Part shown: one piece after another, positions 34,985 through 45,119 of the stretch
How the letters are laid out: each line of letters begins with the position of its first letter
How positions within the stretch are numbered: position 1 is the stretch's first letter
Source: an uncultured Armatimonadetes bacterium
GTDB lineage: Bacteria; Armatimonadota; Hebobacteria; Hebobacterales; Hebobacteraceae
Direction: 5' to 3'
Assembly: GCA_963716175.1 (NCBI GenBank)
Contig: OY970296.1
Coordinates: 309,302 to 373,301, forward strand
Length of the DNA stretch: 64,000 nucleotides
Notes under the pieces: model-generated
Told to the model about the DNA's origin: nothing
Databases searched by the model: none
What the model saw: the letters and a program-made list of their open reading frames with translations, nothing else
Position numbers and translations under genes: made by a program

Positions 34985-37900
34985 ATGGATAGGCGTCCGG
35001 CAGGCAACATGTCGCGGCGGGATTTCCTGCGCCAGGTTGTGGCGGGGGCAGCGGCCGCGGCAGGATCGGGAGCCACGTGGGCTGCCGACGGAGCGGGAGC
35101 GCGATCAGGACCACCTGTTTCCCAAGACCAGTCAGCAGTGCCACTGCCCGAGGGAGTGAAGGCGGTGTGGGACCTGAGCAAGGCGTATCAGGAGGCGACG
35201 CCCACACGGGCTCGCATCTGCATCAATGGCCTCTGGCAGTGGCAGCCGGCCGCGGAGAGCGCAGACCAAGTCCCCGCCAGCAGCTGGGGCTACTTCAAGG
35301 TTCCCGGGTGCTGGCCCGGGATCGCCGACTACATGCAGGTGGAGTGCCAGACGGTCTATGCGCACCCGGACTGGCAGGACAAGGACCTGCGCGAGATTTC
35401 GGCGGCCTGGTACCAGCGGGAGATCACGATCCCGAGCGACTGGGGCGGGCGCCGCGTTACGCTGTACGCGGAGTACCTGAACTCCTATGCGGTGGTCTAC
35501 GTTGACGGGACCAGGGCAGGCGAGATCCGGTTCCCGGCGGGTGAAGTTGACCTCACCTCAGTCTGCCAGCCGGGCCGCAAGTATGTTCTCAGCATGCTCG
35601 TTCTCGCGCTGCCACTCAAAGGAGTCATGCTCTCCTACAGTGACACGGCGTCGGCGAGGCAAGTGCAGGGCTCAGTCGAGCGGCGTGGGCTGTGTGGAGA
35701 CGTCTACCTGGTCAGCACGCCGGCAGGCGCGCTCATCACAGAGGTGAAGCTTGACACATCAGTGCGCCGCTGGGAGATCACCATCGGGGCTGGGCTAGAC
35801 GGCTTGGCGGCAGACACAGCATACGTCCTGCGCGCTCAGATCACGGAGGATGGCCGCCAGGCGCGCGAGTTCACCAGCAGACGATTCGGCGCCAGCGACC
35901 TCAAGGACGGACACATCACTTTTGCTGAGAACTACAAGCCGGATAAGCTCTGGGATACCCACACTCCTGAGAACGCCTACCAGCTCAGCCTCGCGCTCCT
36001 CGATGCCGAGGGCAGGACTCTGGACACTGCCCTGCCGGTGCGCTTCGGGTTCCGCGAGTTCTGGATCAATGGCCGGGACTTCTACCTGAATGGCACGCGC
36101 ATCTTCCTCTCCGCCGTCCCGTTGGAGAATGCCGCGGTGGGGGCGATGGCGGCCAGCTATCAGGGCGCCCGTGAGAGCATGGAGCGGCTCAAGACGTTCG
36201 GGACCAACTTTGTCTACACGCACAACTACGGCTGCGAGCCGGGGTCGCACCTCAGCTTCGCGGAGATCCTGAGGGCCGCAGACGACGTAGGGATGCTGGT
36301 GGCCTTCTCCCAGCCTCACTTCGGCCACTATGACTGGGAGGCGTCGGACGCAGACCAGAGCAACGGCTACGCGCGCCACGCGGAATTCTACGTGCGCGTG
36401 GCGCAGAACCACCCCTCGGTGGTGGCATACGCCATGAGCCACAACGCGACCGGCTACAACGAGGACATGAACCCGGACATGATAGATGGAGTCCAGGATG
36501 CCAGGGAAGAGTGGGGGCGCAGGAACTCCCTGCTCGCCCTGCGGGCCGAAGCCATCGTGAAGGGAATGGACCCCAGCCGGATTGTGTATCACCACTCGTC
36601 GGGCAACCTCGGCTCGATGCACACGATGAACTTCTACCCGAACTTCGTTCCCATCCAGGAGCTGTCCGACTGGTACGAGCACTGGGCCCGCCTCGGCGTG
36701 AAGCCGGCCTTCATGTGCGAGTACGGCGCGCCGTTCACCTGGGACTGGGCGATGTACCGTGGGTGGTACCGGGGCGAGCGAACTTTCGGGAGTGCCGAAG
36801 TGCCGTGGGAGTTCTGTCTTGCCGAGTGGGATGCGCAGTTCCTGGGCGACCGGGCCTTCCGGATGACCGAGATGGAGAAGACGAACCTGCGCTGGGAGGC
36901 CAAGCAGTTCCGGGAGGGTAAGCTCTGGCACCGGTGGGACTACCCCTACGAACTGGGATCAGCGCTCTTCGACGACCGGCATGTGGTGAGTGCCAGCTAC
37001 ATCACGGACAACTGGCGCGCCTACCGCACCTGGGGGGTGTCGGCGAGCTCGCCCTGGGAGTACCAGCCCTTCTGGAGGCTGCGGGAGGGCGTTGACCGGA
37101 GCCGAAGGGAACTCGCGGTGGACTGGGAGCACCTGCAGCATCCGGGCTTCAGCGCGGACTACATTGACCGGCAGTTCGAGGTCATAGACCAGGCCTTCGA
37201 TCGGTCAGACTGGATCCCGGCGGCCGACGCGGAGGCCTTGATCCGCAACAACATGCCGCTGCTGGCTTACCTCGCAGGCAAGCAGGCCCGCTTCACGAGC
37301 AAGGACCACGACTTCTGGCCAGGCGAAGGGGCCGAGAAGCAGCTCATTATCATCAACAACTCACGCCAGACGGTGACCTGCGACTGGGAGTGGTCACTTG
37401 GCCTGCCGCAGCCCGCCGTCGGCCGTGGGAAGGTCACCGTACCGACCGGGGAGCAGAAACGCCTCCCCATCCGGGTACAGCTGCCGGCTGCGCTGCCGAC
37501 CGGCACATACCAGCTCACCGCCACCGCCAAGTTCGGCAACGGCGGCATTCAGGCGGATGCCTTCGCCATCCACGTCATGCCGCGCGTCGGAGGCGTGAGG
37601 CTGCAGTGCCAGACCGCACTCTTCGATCCCAGAGGTGAGACCGAGAAGCTGTTGGGAGGCATGGGCGTGCGGTGCCAGCCAGTGGCTGCCGGCGCCGATC
37701 TTTCGCCATATGACGTGCTCGTGATCGGCAAGGGAGCGCTGGCAGCAGATGGGCCCGGGCCAGACCTCAGTCGGGTGCGTCAGGGGCTCAAGGTGATCGT
37801 ATTCGAGCAGACGTCGGAGGGCCTTGAGAAACGGCTCGGCTTCCGGGTGACGGAGTACGGGCTGAGACAGGTCTTCGCGCGCGTGCCAGACCATCCTGCC

Positions 37901-38965
37901 CTGTCGGGGATCGCGGCCGAGAACCTGTGCGACTGGTGCGGCGAGGCAACCCTCGTGCTGCCGCGCCTGAACTATGAGACGAACCCCGACGTGTTCAACG
38001 GCGCGCCTACGGTGAAATGGTGCGGGATTGAGGTGACGCGGGCGTGGCGCTGTGGATGCAGGGGCAATGTCGCTTCGGTCCTCATCGAGAAGCCCGCGCG
38101 AGGCAACTTCCTCCCGCTGGTTGACGGCGGGTTCGGCTTGCAGTACAGCCCGCTGTTGGAGTACCGCGAAGGCAAAGGGATGATCCTCTTCTGTCAGATG
38201 GATGTGACGGGGCGCACCGAAAGCGATCCCGCGGCCGAGACGCTAACCCGGAACCTCCTCCAGTATGCAGCCGCCTGGAAGCCCTCCCCGAATCGGAACG
38301 CGCTCTACGTCGGCGCCCCCGCCGGGCAGGAATACTTCGAGGCCGCCGGCATTCCCCTCAGCTCCTACAAGAGGGCCGAACTGTCAGCGGACCAGGTGCT
38401 GATCGTGGGGCCAGGTGGCGAGCCGCAGCTCGCAAGGGAGGCGGATCAGATCCGCTCCTGGCTCAAGTCCGGCGGGCACCTCTTGGCAATCGGACTCGAT
38501 GAAGCTGGCGCGAATGCCTTCCTCCCTTCACGAGTCAGCATGAAGAGAGAGGAGCATATCTGCGCCTGGTTCGAGCCCTTCGGCATCGGCTCTCCGTTCG
38601 TGGGCGTGGCACCGGCGGATGTCGTGAACCGCGACCCGCGAGAGCTTCCCCTAGTGTCGGCGGGTGCTTCGGTGGTGGGTGACGGCGTCCTCGCCAAGGT
38701 CGAGGGCGCCAACGTAGTCTTCTGCCAACTCGTGCCCTGGGAGTTCGCGCCTCAGAAGCAGATGAACCTCAAGCGCACCTACCGCCGGGCGAGCTTCCTG
38801 GTAGCGCGCTTGCTGGGCAACATGGGGGTGGCCGGCACTACTCCCCTTCTCGGTCGCTTCCGCGAACCGCTGACCGCATCCGACCCGGGCAAACGCTGGC
38901 TGGAGGGCCTCTACCTCGACCAGCCCGAGGAATGGGACGACCCGTATCGGTTCTTCCGCTGGTAG
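34985..38965 (+). CDS. Very large Tat-exported glycoside hydrolase family 2-like protein with extra C-terminal domains
   Basis: Twin-arginine signal MSRRDFLRQVVAGAAAAAGSGATWA. GH2-like sugar-binding and barrel junction (WYQREITIP..., GFREFWINGRDFYLNGTRIFLSAVP). Length is 1326 aa. Domains beyond ~aa 700 are unassigned. Confidence 0.55.
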   Translation: MDRRPAGNMSRRDFLRQVVAGAAAAAGSGATWAADGAGARSGPPVSQDQSAVPLPEGVKAVWDLSKAYQEATPTRARICINGLWQWQPAAESADQVPASSWGYFKVPGCWPGIADYMQVECQTVYAHPDWQDKDLREISAAWYQREITIPSDWGGRRVTLYAEYLNSYAVVYVDGTRAGEIRFPAGEVDLTSVCQPGRKYVLSMLVLALPLKGVMLSYSDTASARQVQGSVERRGLCGDVYLVSTPAGALITEVKLDTSVRRWEITIGAGLDGLAADTAYVLRAQITEDGRQAREFTSRRFGASDLKDGHITFAENYKPDKLWDTHTPENAYQLSLALLDAEGRTLDTALPVRFGFREFWINGRDFYLNGTRIFLSAVPLENAAVGAMAASYQGARESMERLKTFGTNFVYTHNYGCEPGSHLSFAEILRAADDVGMLVAFSQPHFGHYDWEASDADQSNGYARHAEFYVRVAQNHPSVVAYAMSHNATGYNEDMNPDMIDGVQDAREEWGRRNSLLALRAEAIVKGMDPSRIVYHHSSGNLGSMHTMNFYPNFVPIQELSDWYEHWARLGVKPAFMCEYGAPFTWDWAMYRGWYRGERTFGSAEVPWEFCLAEWDAQFLGDRAFRMTEMEKTNLRWEAKQFREGKLWHRWDYPYELGSALFDDRHVVSASYITDNWRAYRTWGVSASSPWEYQPFWRLREGVDRSRRELAVDWEHLQHPGFSADYIDRQFEVIDQAFDRSDWIPAADAEALIRNNMPLLAYLAGKQARFTSKDHDFWPGEGAEKQLIIINNSRQTVTCDWEWSLGLPQPAVGRGKVTVPTGEQKRLPIRVQLPAALPTGTYQLTATAKFGNGGIQADAFAIHVMPRVGGVRLQCQTALFDPRGETEKLLGGMGVRCQPVAAGADLSPYDVLVIGKGALAADGPGPDLSRVRQGLKVIVFEQTSEGLEKRLGFRVTEYGLRQVFARVPDHPALSGIAAENLCDWCGEATLVLPRLNYETNPDVFNGAPTVKWCGIEVTRAWRCGCRGNVASVLIEKPARGNFLPLVDGGFGLQYSPLLEYREGKGMILFCQMDVTGRTESDPAAETLTRNLLQYAAAWKPSPNRNALYVGAPAGQEYFEAAGIPLSSYKRAELSADQVLIVGPGGEPQLAREADQIRSWLKSGGHLLAIGLDEAGANAFLPSRVSMKREEHICAWFEPFGIGSPFVGVAPADVVNRDPRELPLVSAGASVVGDGVLAKVEGANVVFCQLVPWEFAPQKQMNLKRTYRRASFLVARLLGNMGVAGTTPLLGRFREPLTASDPGKRWLEGLYLDQPEEWDDPYRFFRW

Positions 38966-39143
38966 CGGGTGGCGTCGCCACGGGGTGCAACATGCTGGCG
39001 ATCCCGGCCTCGGGTCTGTGTCCTGCCCAATGCGTCCCGCCGGCCGCAGATCCACGAACGCCGCTCGCGTTCTGCTCACAATAGCGTCGCGTGGCGGTAT
39101 CTCCACAACACCCAGAGGGCGAAGCGGCACATCGGAGCAAACG

Positions 39144-39171
39144 AACGGAGCGCCCGAGGGCGCTCCGTTCA
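39144..39171. terminator. Bidirectional hairpin between convergent genes
   Basis: gaacggagcgccc/gggcgctccgttc arms (up to 13 bp). It lies between the GH2-like stop (38965) and the minus-strand pseudopilin-like stop (39268). Confidence 0.55.
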
Positions 39172-39267
39172 CTCACCTTCATCTAAGACGGACATCTCCT
39201 GCGCAAAGGCCGGAGGCCCTGAGTGGCCCCGCAGCGCCCAGCATGCTTCGCTGTCGTACGCTGCCTG

Positions 39268-40266
39268 CTACCAGTGCTCCCCAGGTATATAGTCAGGCAC
39301 GTGCTGGGCGCCCATGGGTGGGAGTTGGCTGGGGTCGGCGTTGGCCGCGGCGAGTATCGCGTTCGCGTTCCACCAGGCGGCGTGGCCGTCAACGAACCCG
39401 AGGTTGTTGCCGCCCATGTGCCGCGTGTACTTGCTGCGCCACGAGGGGTCGCCCCAGAACTTGTCTATGTCGTGCTTGTCTACACCGCAGACTATAGTCT
39501 CGGAACAGTTCACCCAGTCTCCGCCGCAGTTGTCGGGACGCTCTACAACGCTGCCCCAGGTAATGCGACAGGCCTCCGGATAGGCAACCTGCTCGATGCG
39601 ATCGAAGTACCTGTGCAAGCCCCGCTCGGCCACGATCAGGGTCTTGGCCGGATCATCAACTTGGGAGAGCTTCTTCTCCACTTCGCCGTAGACCGCGTGC
39701 GTGTCGCCGTAGTCCATCTCGACCGCGCCCTGCTCCGGGGTCGCGCCGTCGGGAGGGCAGCCGTCCACCAAAGCCATGTTGTCGGTAACGGTGCCGCCCC
39801 AGCCCGAGGGCCAACTCTCAGCGCAGACGCAGGTGGGCCAGTTGTCCTTCAGCTCCTGGAACCAGTTCGCTTGTCCGTACACCCGCTCTGCACAGGCTAC
39901 GCTGCGCGCGCTCGGACATCTCCAAACGTCGCGGTTCTTCACGTACTCGTCCAGGATGACCGGCCATCTCAGATAGGGATTCGCCCCAGTCGGGTAAGTG
40001 CAGCAGCCAGGGGTCACATCGCAGCCGTTGTCGGCGAAGAACTGCACCACAGCCGGGTCATGTTCCCTCGGCGGGTACCTGTCATAGTCCACGAAATACA
40101 TCTGAAATGCCATGGCGATGTTCTTGACATTCGACAGGCATTGGATCTTGCGGGCCGATTCCCGCGCCCGTGCGAACACCGGGAACAGCATTGCGGCGAG
40201 GATCGCGATGATCGCGATCACCACCAGCAGCTCGATCAGAGTGAAACCTCTATTCTTTCGAACCAT
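39268..40266 (-). CDS. Prepilin-type N-terminal cleavage/methylation domain protein, DUF1559 family
   Basis: Translation has [57 protein letters not shown] and HMGGNNLGFVDGHAAWW. Confidence 0.9.
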   Translation of the reverse strand: MVRKNRGFTLIELLVVIAIIAILAAMLFPVFARARESARKIQCLSNVKNIAMAFQMYFVDYDRYPPREHDPAVVQFFADNGCDVTPGCCTYPTGANPYLRWPVILDEYVKNRDVWRCPSARSVACAERVYGQANWFQELKDNWPTCVCAESWPSGWGGTVTDNMALVDGCPPDGATPEQGAVEMDYGDTHAVYGEVEKKLSQVDDPAKTLIVAERGLHRYFDRIEQVAYPEACRITWGSVVERPDNCGGDWVNCSETIVCGVDKHDIDKFWGDPSWRSKYTRHMGGNNLGFVDGHAAWWNANAILAAANADPSQLPPMGAQHVPDYIPGEHW

Positions 40267-40332
40267 CTAAGCTATGCCTCCTCGCGGATGATCCACGGTA
40301 TGCCGCTCCAGAGACCCCGCCGCCTTCTGCCG

Positions 40333-40344
40333 TCACCTCCTTTC
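40333..40344 (-). promoter_or_regulatory. Conserved purine box, copy C: GAAAGGAGGTGA (minus strand)
   Basis: It lies 78 nt upstream of the ATG at 40266. Confidence 0.5.
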
Positions 40345-40594
40345 GTGCACCGCGCATCAGCTCCAGGGCCACCAGAACCGATCCCCTTCGACGGCGCCAT
40401 CGCAGCGGAGAGTTGAACTCGACTGAGAAAAACCGAGCCGGCCTATCTGCTCGATCGGAGCGCGATCTCGGCACAACACCAAACGCACGCGAGCCCGCCG
40501 CGTGCCTCGGAAGAGGATACCATCGCGAGAGGCCAACGTCAACGGCCAAGTCTACGCGGGGCCTGCGCTCAGACTGCGAAGGACACGGCAGGCA

Positions 40595-42403
40595 TCACCT
40601 CGCCTGGGCAGCGCCGATCCTCGCATGTGCCCGCGTCAGCGCCTCCACCAGGTAATCCCAGGGCTGCCCGCCAGCGCGGACGAGGCCCCGGTTGGCTTGT
40701 CGGCGCTCGTCGTCAATGTCGCTCCAGATGAACCAGTGCGCCCCCACCACGAACGGCATGTTGTAGAAGTCGAGCGTCACGCGCGCCGCTTGGCGGGCCC
40801 GCTCCGACTGGTTCCCGACCACCTCGTTCCATGACCAGTCGAGCTTCTCGGGGTTATCGTAGAGGCCCGAGTCCAGGGCTGGAATAGACCACTCGCCCAC
40901 GATAATCGGGCGCCCGGTCTTCTCATGCACGGTGCGGTAGATCAGCTTCTCCACATCGCTGAGGCCGGCGCGCTGATTGGCGGGGTAGAGATTCACCGCG
41001 ATCGCGTCGTACCGCGAGTAGAGATCGAGGTGATCCATCCAGGCACCAATGTCGTCAAGCATGAAACGGTTAGAGATCACCAGGTGGTCGGGATCCTCTC
41101 CCCGGATAACCCGAAGCGTGATGTCAATATACCGCGTCACGATCTCGCGCTCGAAAACTCTGAAGTCTTCATACATCCGCCCTGTCCGCTTTGTCGGCTC
41201 CGGCCTGCCTGCAATCAAGGCATCGAAAGAGGCGAACCCGGTTCCCCACGCCTCGTTCACAGCGGCAGCGTCGCTGTACCTACCCTCGAGGAATCCGCGG
41301 AACGCGTGCGAGCAGTGTTCCGAGTAGACATGCCGGTACAGCTCAGTGTGGCATACTTCGTTATCGGCGAAGTAGCCAATGAACCACGATCTGCCTCGTA
41401 CTATGTTGGCAATCTCGCGCACTCGCCCTCGGTACACTTCCTCAAAACGTGGATCGAACGGGTCGGGAAAGGCGTGCCCCTCCCCGGTAGTGTCATTGCC
41501 TGCGTCCACCAGCGCGTCGCATTGCCCCGACCAACTACCGGTCTCCAGCGTGGCAAAGATCGCGAAGGGCTTCTCTCCGCCGGCGGCCAGCGCATCATTG
41601 ATCGGCCCCCAGCGGCGGATGTTCGTCCAACCGGCAAGGGAGTTGAACCCCGCCGATCGCAGGAAGGCCGCCGCCTCGCGTCCTCGCGTCATCCAGTCAG
41701 TCTCGCGGAATAGCCAGGGCCCGTCAGTCCCTATCGAGTAGAAGCCTTCGCCCTCCGGCGTGATCAACCACCACACGCCACCTCTCTCCTCCAGATGGTA
41801 AAAGCCTGTCTTCTGGCAACGGTCGGGCGGGGCTGGCCGCGTCACCGGGCCTGGATCAGCAGGCAGCTCCAGCTCCGGGGCGCGAGGAGACATGGTCAAC
41901 CCCGTGAACAAGGCCTTCCCTTCTGTCTTCCCCGCCAGCCCCAGGCCAGGAGACACTGAATCGGCGCCGGTCGGCGCGGATCGAAATGCAAACTCGAAAG
42001 GCGTCCAGTCCTTCGCGGGTGCGAGGCCCAGATACTTGGTGGCGATCCGCCGCTTGCCTGCGCGGAACTCGATGTACACGGTAGCACCATAGATGGGCAG
42101 ATCTTCCGTGCGGTAATAGCCCCGCAGCACACCAGTAGTGAATGGCAGGGGCTCGGCGTACTGGAATCGGGTGCTGTAGCGGCCGCGCCGCCAAGGGCCC
42201 ACCACCAGGCATGGGCCTCGGTTCGCATCGCGCTCGATCGCGAGCGTTGCCGCTTCGTCTGCTGTCACGCCTGCTGGAGGGAAGACCTTTTTCTGCCACC
42301 CGCTGTCTGAGATCGGCAGCCGCATATCACTCTCCGCCGAAGCCAGAGCGAGAACTACGCATGACGAACCGAGAATGACAGCCAGTAGCCACGGTCCCGG
42401 CAT
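40595..42403 (-). CDS. Exported glycoside hydrolase-like protein (clan GH-A barrel, GH42/GH50-like)
   Basis: Signal peptide MPGPWLLAVILGSSCVVLALASA. An N-terminal beta domain is followed by barrel-like blocks GFNSLAGWTN, WFIGYFADNE (acid/base-like NE) and PIIVGEWSIP (nucleophile-like E). The family assignment is tentative. Confidence 0.45.
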   Translation of the reverse strand: MPGPWLLAVILGSSCVVLALASAESDMRLPISDSGWQKKVFPPAGVTADEAATLAIERDANRGPCLVVGPWRRGRYSTRFQYAEPLPFTTGVLRGYYRTEDLPIYGATVYIEFRAGKRRIATKYLGLAPAKDWTPFEFAFRSAPTGADSVSPGLGLAGKTEGKALFTGLTMSPRAPELELPADPGPVTRPAPPDRCQKTGFYHLEERGGVWWLITPEGEGFYSIGTDGPWLFRETDWMTRGREAAAFLRSAGFNSLAGWTNIRRWGPINDALAAGGEKPFAIFATLETGSWSGQCDALVDAGNDTTGEGHAFPDPFDPRFEEVYRGRVREIANIVRGRSWFIGYFADNEVCHTELYRHVYSEHCSHAFRGFLEGRYSDAAAVNEAWGTGFASFDALIAGRPEPTKRTGRMYEDFRVFEREIVTRYIDITLRVIRGEDPDHLVISNRFMLDDIGAWMDHLDLYSRYDAIAVNLYPANQRAGLSDVEKLIYRTVHEKTGRPIIVGEWSIPALDSGLYDNPEKLDWSWNEVVGNQSERARQAARVTLDFYNMPFVVGAHWFIWSDIDDERRQANRGLVRAGGQPWDYLVEALTRAHARIGAAQAR

Positions 42404-42639
42404 TTCCGCCTCCGAGCCATCCGCTCCGAGGTATCCCTCGGAGTCACTCTGCCAACCTTTGCCCCGACGGCAACCCTACTCCTTCCCGCACCAGCATCAC
42501 GTCGGCGGCTCCGCTCCGCATGTTCATCCCTTCTTCATGCAATGCACCGCCCGGACGCGGACCCGAGCCCGGCGAATCCGGCCGAGGTCCAGGTGACGAT
42601 GCCATTTGCCAAGCACCGGCCCCAGTGGCACAGCCCCCG

Positions 42640-43962
42640 TCAGGCGGCCAACTCCTTCAGCAGTTGCACCGCGGCTTCCAGCATCTTCGTGCCCGTCCCG
42701 CGGGGTATTACCGAGGTGTAAACCTCATACGATCCCTGCTCGAACGCGGTATCGCTGGGCACATAGCCGACCGTACCGTTCGACAGCTCGCCAACGAGAG
42801 TGCGGCTGAAGGGCGATTCCTTCTTGATCCCCAGCCCGATCTCGACGAAGATCTCGCCAGGCAGGGATGCCAGCCCCACTTCCCCGATGCGCATCGCCTG
42901 CATCGGCGCGGGGCGCTCCCGCGGCGTGTTCACCAGGTCGAGCACCCGGGTCGCCTTCAGCCACGCCGGATCCGCGCTGGTGGCCTGCCGGGCCTGGTGC
43001 TGGGAATCGGGTTGCGCCAGTCGTTCCTTGGCCGCGGCGATCTGGGCCTCGCTGACTTCCTCCCGCCTGATGGTCAGCGTGGCGTTGGCTGCACCGAGGA
43101 CTGCCGATGGCTCGTATCGGTGGATGTTGTTCCAGGCCTGGAAGGCCACCCCGGCCACCACGTTCGCCACTCGGTCCACCTGGTAGTGCGAGTAGGGGTA
43201 CTCTCGCTCGGGCCCAAACACGTCAATGTTGTTGACATCGCCGCAGCACCCGTTGAGCATGATCCCCACGAGCTCGCGCCCAGCCAGGCGTTGGATGGTT
43301 CGGTCGAACGCACCGAAGTAGTCGGCGCTGATGGTCTCGTGACCGCTAGGGCCGGGCCCGACGTAATGCAAGGCATAGTTGGCCAGCAGCGCGATGGGAT
43401 GCCTCTGCTCGTCGAGAAACACGAGCACGCCCACTTCCGGGTCGGTGGGCCCGGCCGGCCTCACCACCTCCGGCCGGCGGCCCGGGTTGGTGATGACCGT
43501 TGCGTCCTGCATGAAGTAGCGCCGGTTGAAAACCTCACCCGGGCAGCTGCCCGATGCGTGCCCGACCAGCGCCGGACGCAGCCGGTTCTGCGCCAGCTTG
43601 ACGCTGCTCGCAACCCGGTCCGGCAACTGGGCCATGAACTCTTCCTCGCGCGGCACTTCGTAGCCGCGCTCCGTCGCCGGGCCGAAGTGGGTGTGGGTCG
43701 CGGCCACGAGAATATGGCTGCTCGGAATCCCGGTCAGCTCCTGAGCCCGTGCCCTCGCTCTATCCACATCCTCCTTCGGCAGGCCAATGACATCGCAGAC
43801 GACGATGGCCAGCGAGGAATCACTCGATTCGAGCACGATGGACTTGGCATAGAGGTCATCGCGAATATCATCCGCAATTCGGTCGTGATAGTAGCCCGAG
43901 ATATGACACCCCAGCGGCGGAGTCATCACCATCCGCGCTGCGCCGGCTCGTAGCGCGCTCAC
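42640..43962 (-). CDS. Neutral/alkaline ceramidase-like N-terminal domain family protein (function unknown)
   Basis: Translation has LRAGAARMVMTPPLGCHISGYYHDRIADDIRDDLYAKSIVLESSDSSLAIVVCDVIGL...LVAATHTHFGPA, the pattern seen in bacterial homologs of that family. Confidence 0.45.
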   Translation of the reverse strand: MSALRAGAARMVMTPPLGCHISGYYHDRIADDIRDDLYAKSIVLESSDSSLAIVVCDVIGLPKEDVDRARARAQELTGIPSSHILVAATHTHFGPATERGYEVPREEEFMAQLPDRVASSVKLAQNRLRPALVGHASGSCPGEVFNRRYFMQDATVITNPGRRPEVVRPAGPTDPEVGVLVFLDEQRHPIALLANYALHYVGPGPSGHETISADYFGAFDRTIQRLAGRELVGIMLNGCCGDVNNIDVFGPEREYPYSHYQVDRVANVVAGVAFQAWNNIHRYEPSAVLGAANATLTIRREEVSEAQIAAAKERLAQPDSQHQARQATSADPAWLKATRVLDLVNTPRERPAPMQAMRIGEVGLASLPGEIFVEIGLGIKKESPFSRTLVGELSNGTVGYVPSDTAFEQGSYEVYTSVIPRGTGTKMLEAAVQLLKELAA

Positions 43963-44284
43963 CTATCGCTCCTCTCGCATCTTCAATGTCATTTCTCCCA
44001 GGTTCTCGCCGGGGCCGTCGCTCCCTTTCTCGTGGGTGACTTCCCCGCTCAAGTGGCAAGCGCACACGGGGCTGGTCAACGGGGTGATGCACGGCTCCAG
44101 CAGCCATGAGGGAAGGCAGGCCATGAGGATTCTGCTTGCTCCGATGGCGCTTTCGGCCGCGGGGTGCACTGCTTCCTGCGGCCGCCTCCGTCCTGCGCAG
44201 AGGCGATCGCCTGCGGTCGCAGCCCCTACCAGAAGACGCCCGGGCGCCAGAGCCTAATCGGCCTGGCGCCCGGTCTGGGTGTGT

Positions 44285-45091
44285 CTAGATCTTGGGGGGC
44301 TTGACGCTGTAGCCGTGCTTGGCGAAGATGGCTTTGCCTTTGGCCGAGGTGACGAAGTTGATGAACTCCTGGGCCTCCTCGCGCTGCTTGGAGTAGACTG
44401 CCACCGCGGCCGGCACGTTCCGCACTCTCAGCAGCTTCGCCGGGATCTTCACGAGGTCTATCTTGTCCGGCGCCCAGGACTTGAAGGAGTCCCAGCCGAT
44501 GATGGCGTCCACCTCGCCCAGCTCGACGAGCTGCTCCGTCTGCTCGCAGCTCCCCGCGTAGGTGATGACGTTCTTCGTCACTTGCTCCTCAAGGCCAGCT
44601 CCCTTGAGGACCTCCACCGCGACATCGCCGAGGCACACGGCTCCGGCCCTTGCCAGGCCCACCTTGAGCCCCGGGCGCGCCAGATCGGCGAGCGACTTGA
44701 TGCTCTTGGGATTGCCGTGCTGAATGCAGATCGTAGGCACCAGGTAGGCCACGATCTTACGCGTCGCCGGCACCACCACCTTCTGCTTCTCAGCCTTATC
44801 CATGAAGTCGTCGGAACCGGGCATGTAGATGTCGCCCGTCTCCTCGAGCTTCATCTGGTTCAGCAGGGTGCCGCTGCCGCCGAAGGTCATATCCACGGTG
44901 ATGTTGGGGTGCATCTTCTCGAAGACCGCCTTGGCTTCCAAGGCCGGAGGCTTGCTCGCCGAGCCGATGAAGGCGGTGAGCCGAACCTGCCTGGCGGCCG
45001 GCTTCCCCAAGCTCGCAAGCATCGAGAATCCGAGCGTGAGCGCGAGCACCGCGAACGTAAGCATTGTTCGACCGATGAGACGCATCTCCAT
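44285..45091 (-). CDS. Periplasmic substrate-binding protein, molybdate/tungstate (ModA/WtpA)-like
   Basis: Signal helix, then LTAFIGSASKPPALEAKAVFEKMHPNITVDMTFGGSGTLLNQM...GDIYMPGSDDFM...GEVDAIIGWDS, resembling oxyanion-binding PBPs. No permease or ATPase gene is adjacent. Confidence 0.55.
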   Translation of the reverse strand: MEMRLIGRTMLTFAVLALTLGFSMLASLGKPAARQVRLTAFIGSASKPPALEAKAVFEKMHPNITVDMTFGGSGTLLNQMKLEETGDIYMPGSDDFMDKAEKQKVVVPATRKIVAYLVPTICIQHGNPKSIKSLADLARPGLKVGLARAGAVCLGDVAVEVLKGAGLEEQVTKNVITYAGSCEQTEQLVELGEVDAIIGWDSFKSWAPDKIDLVKIPAKLLRVRNVPAAVAVYSKQREEAQEFINFVTSAKGKAIFAKHGYSVKPPKI

Positions 45092-45119
45092 CCTCCTGTA
45101 AGACGTGAGATCGCGAGAC

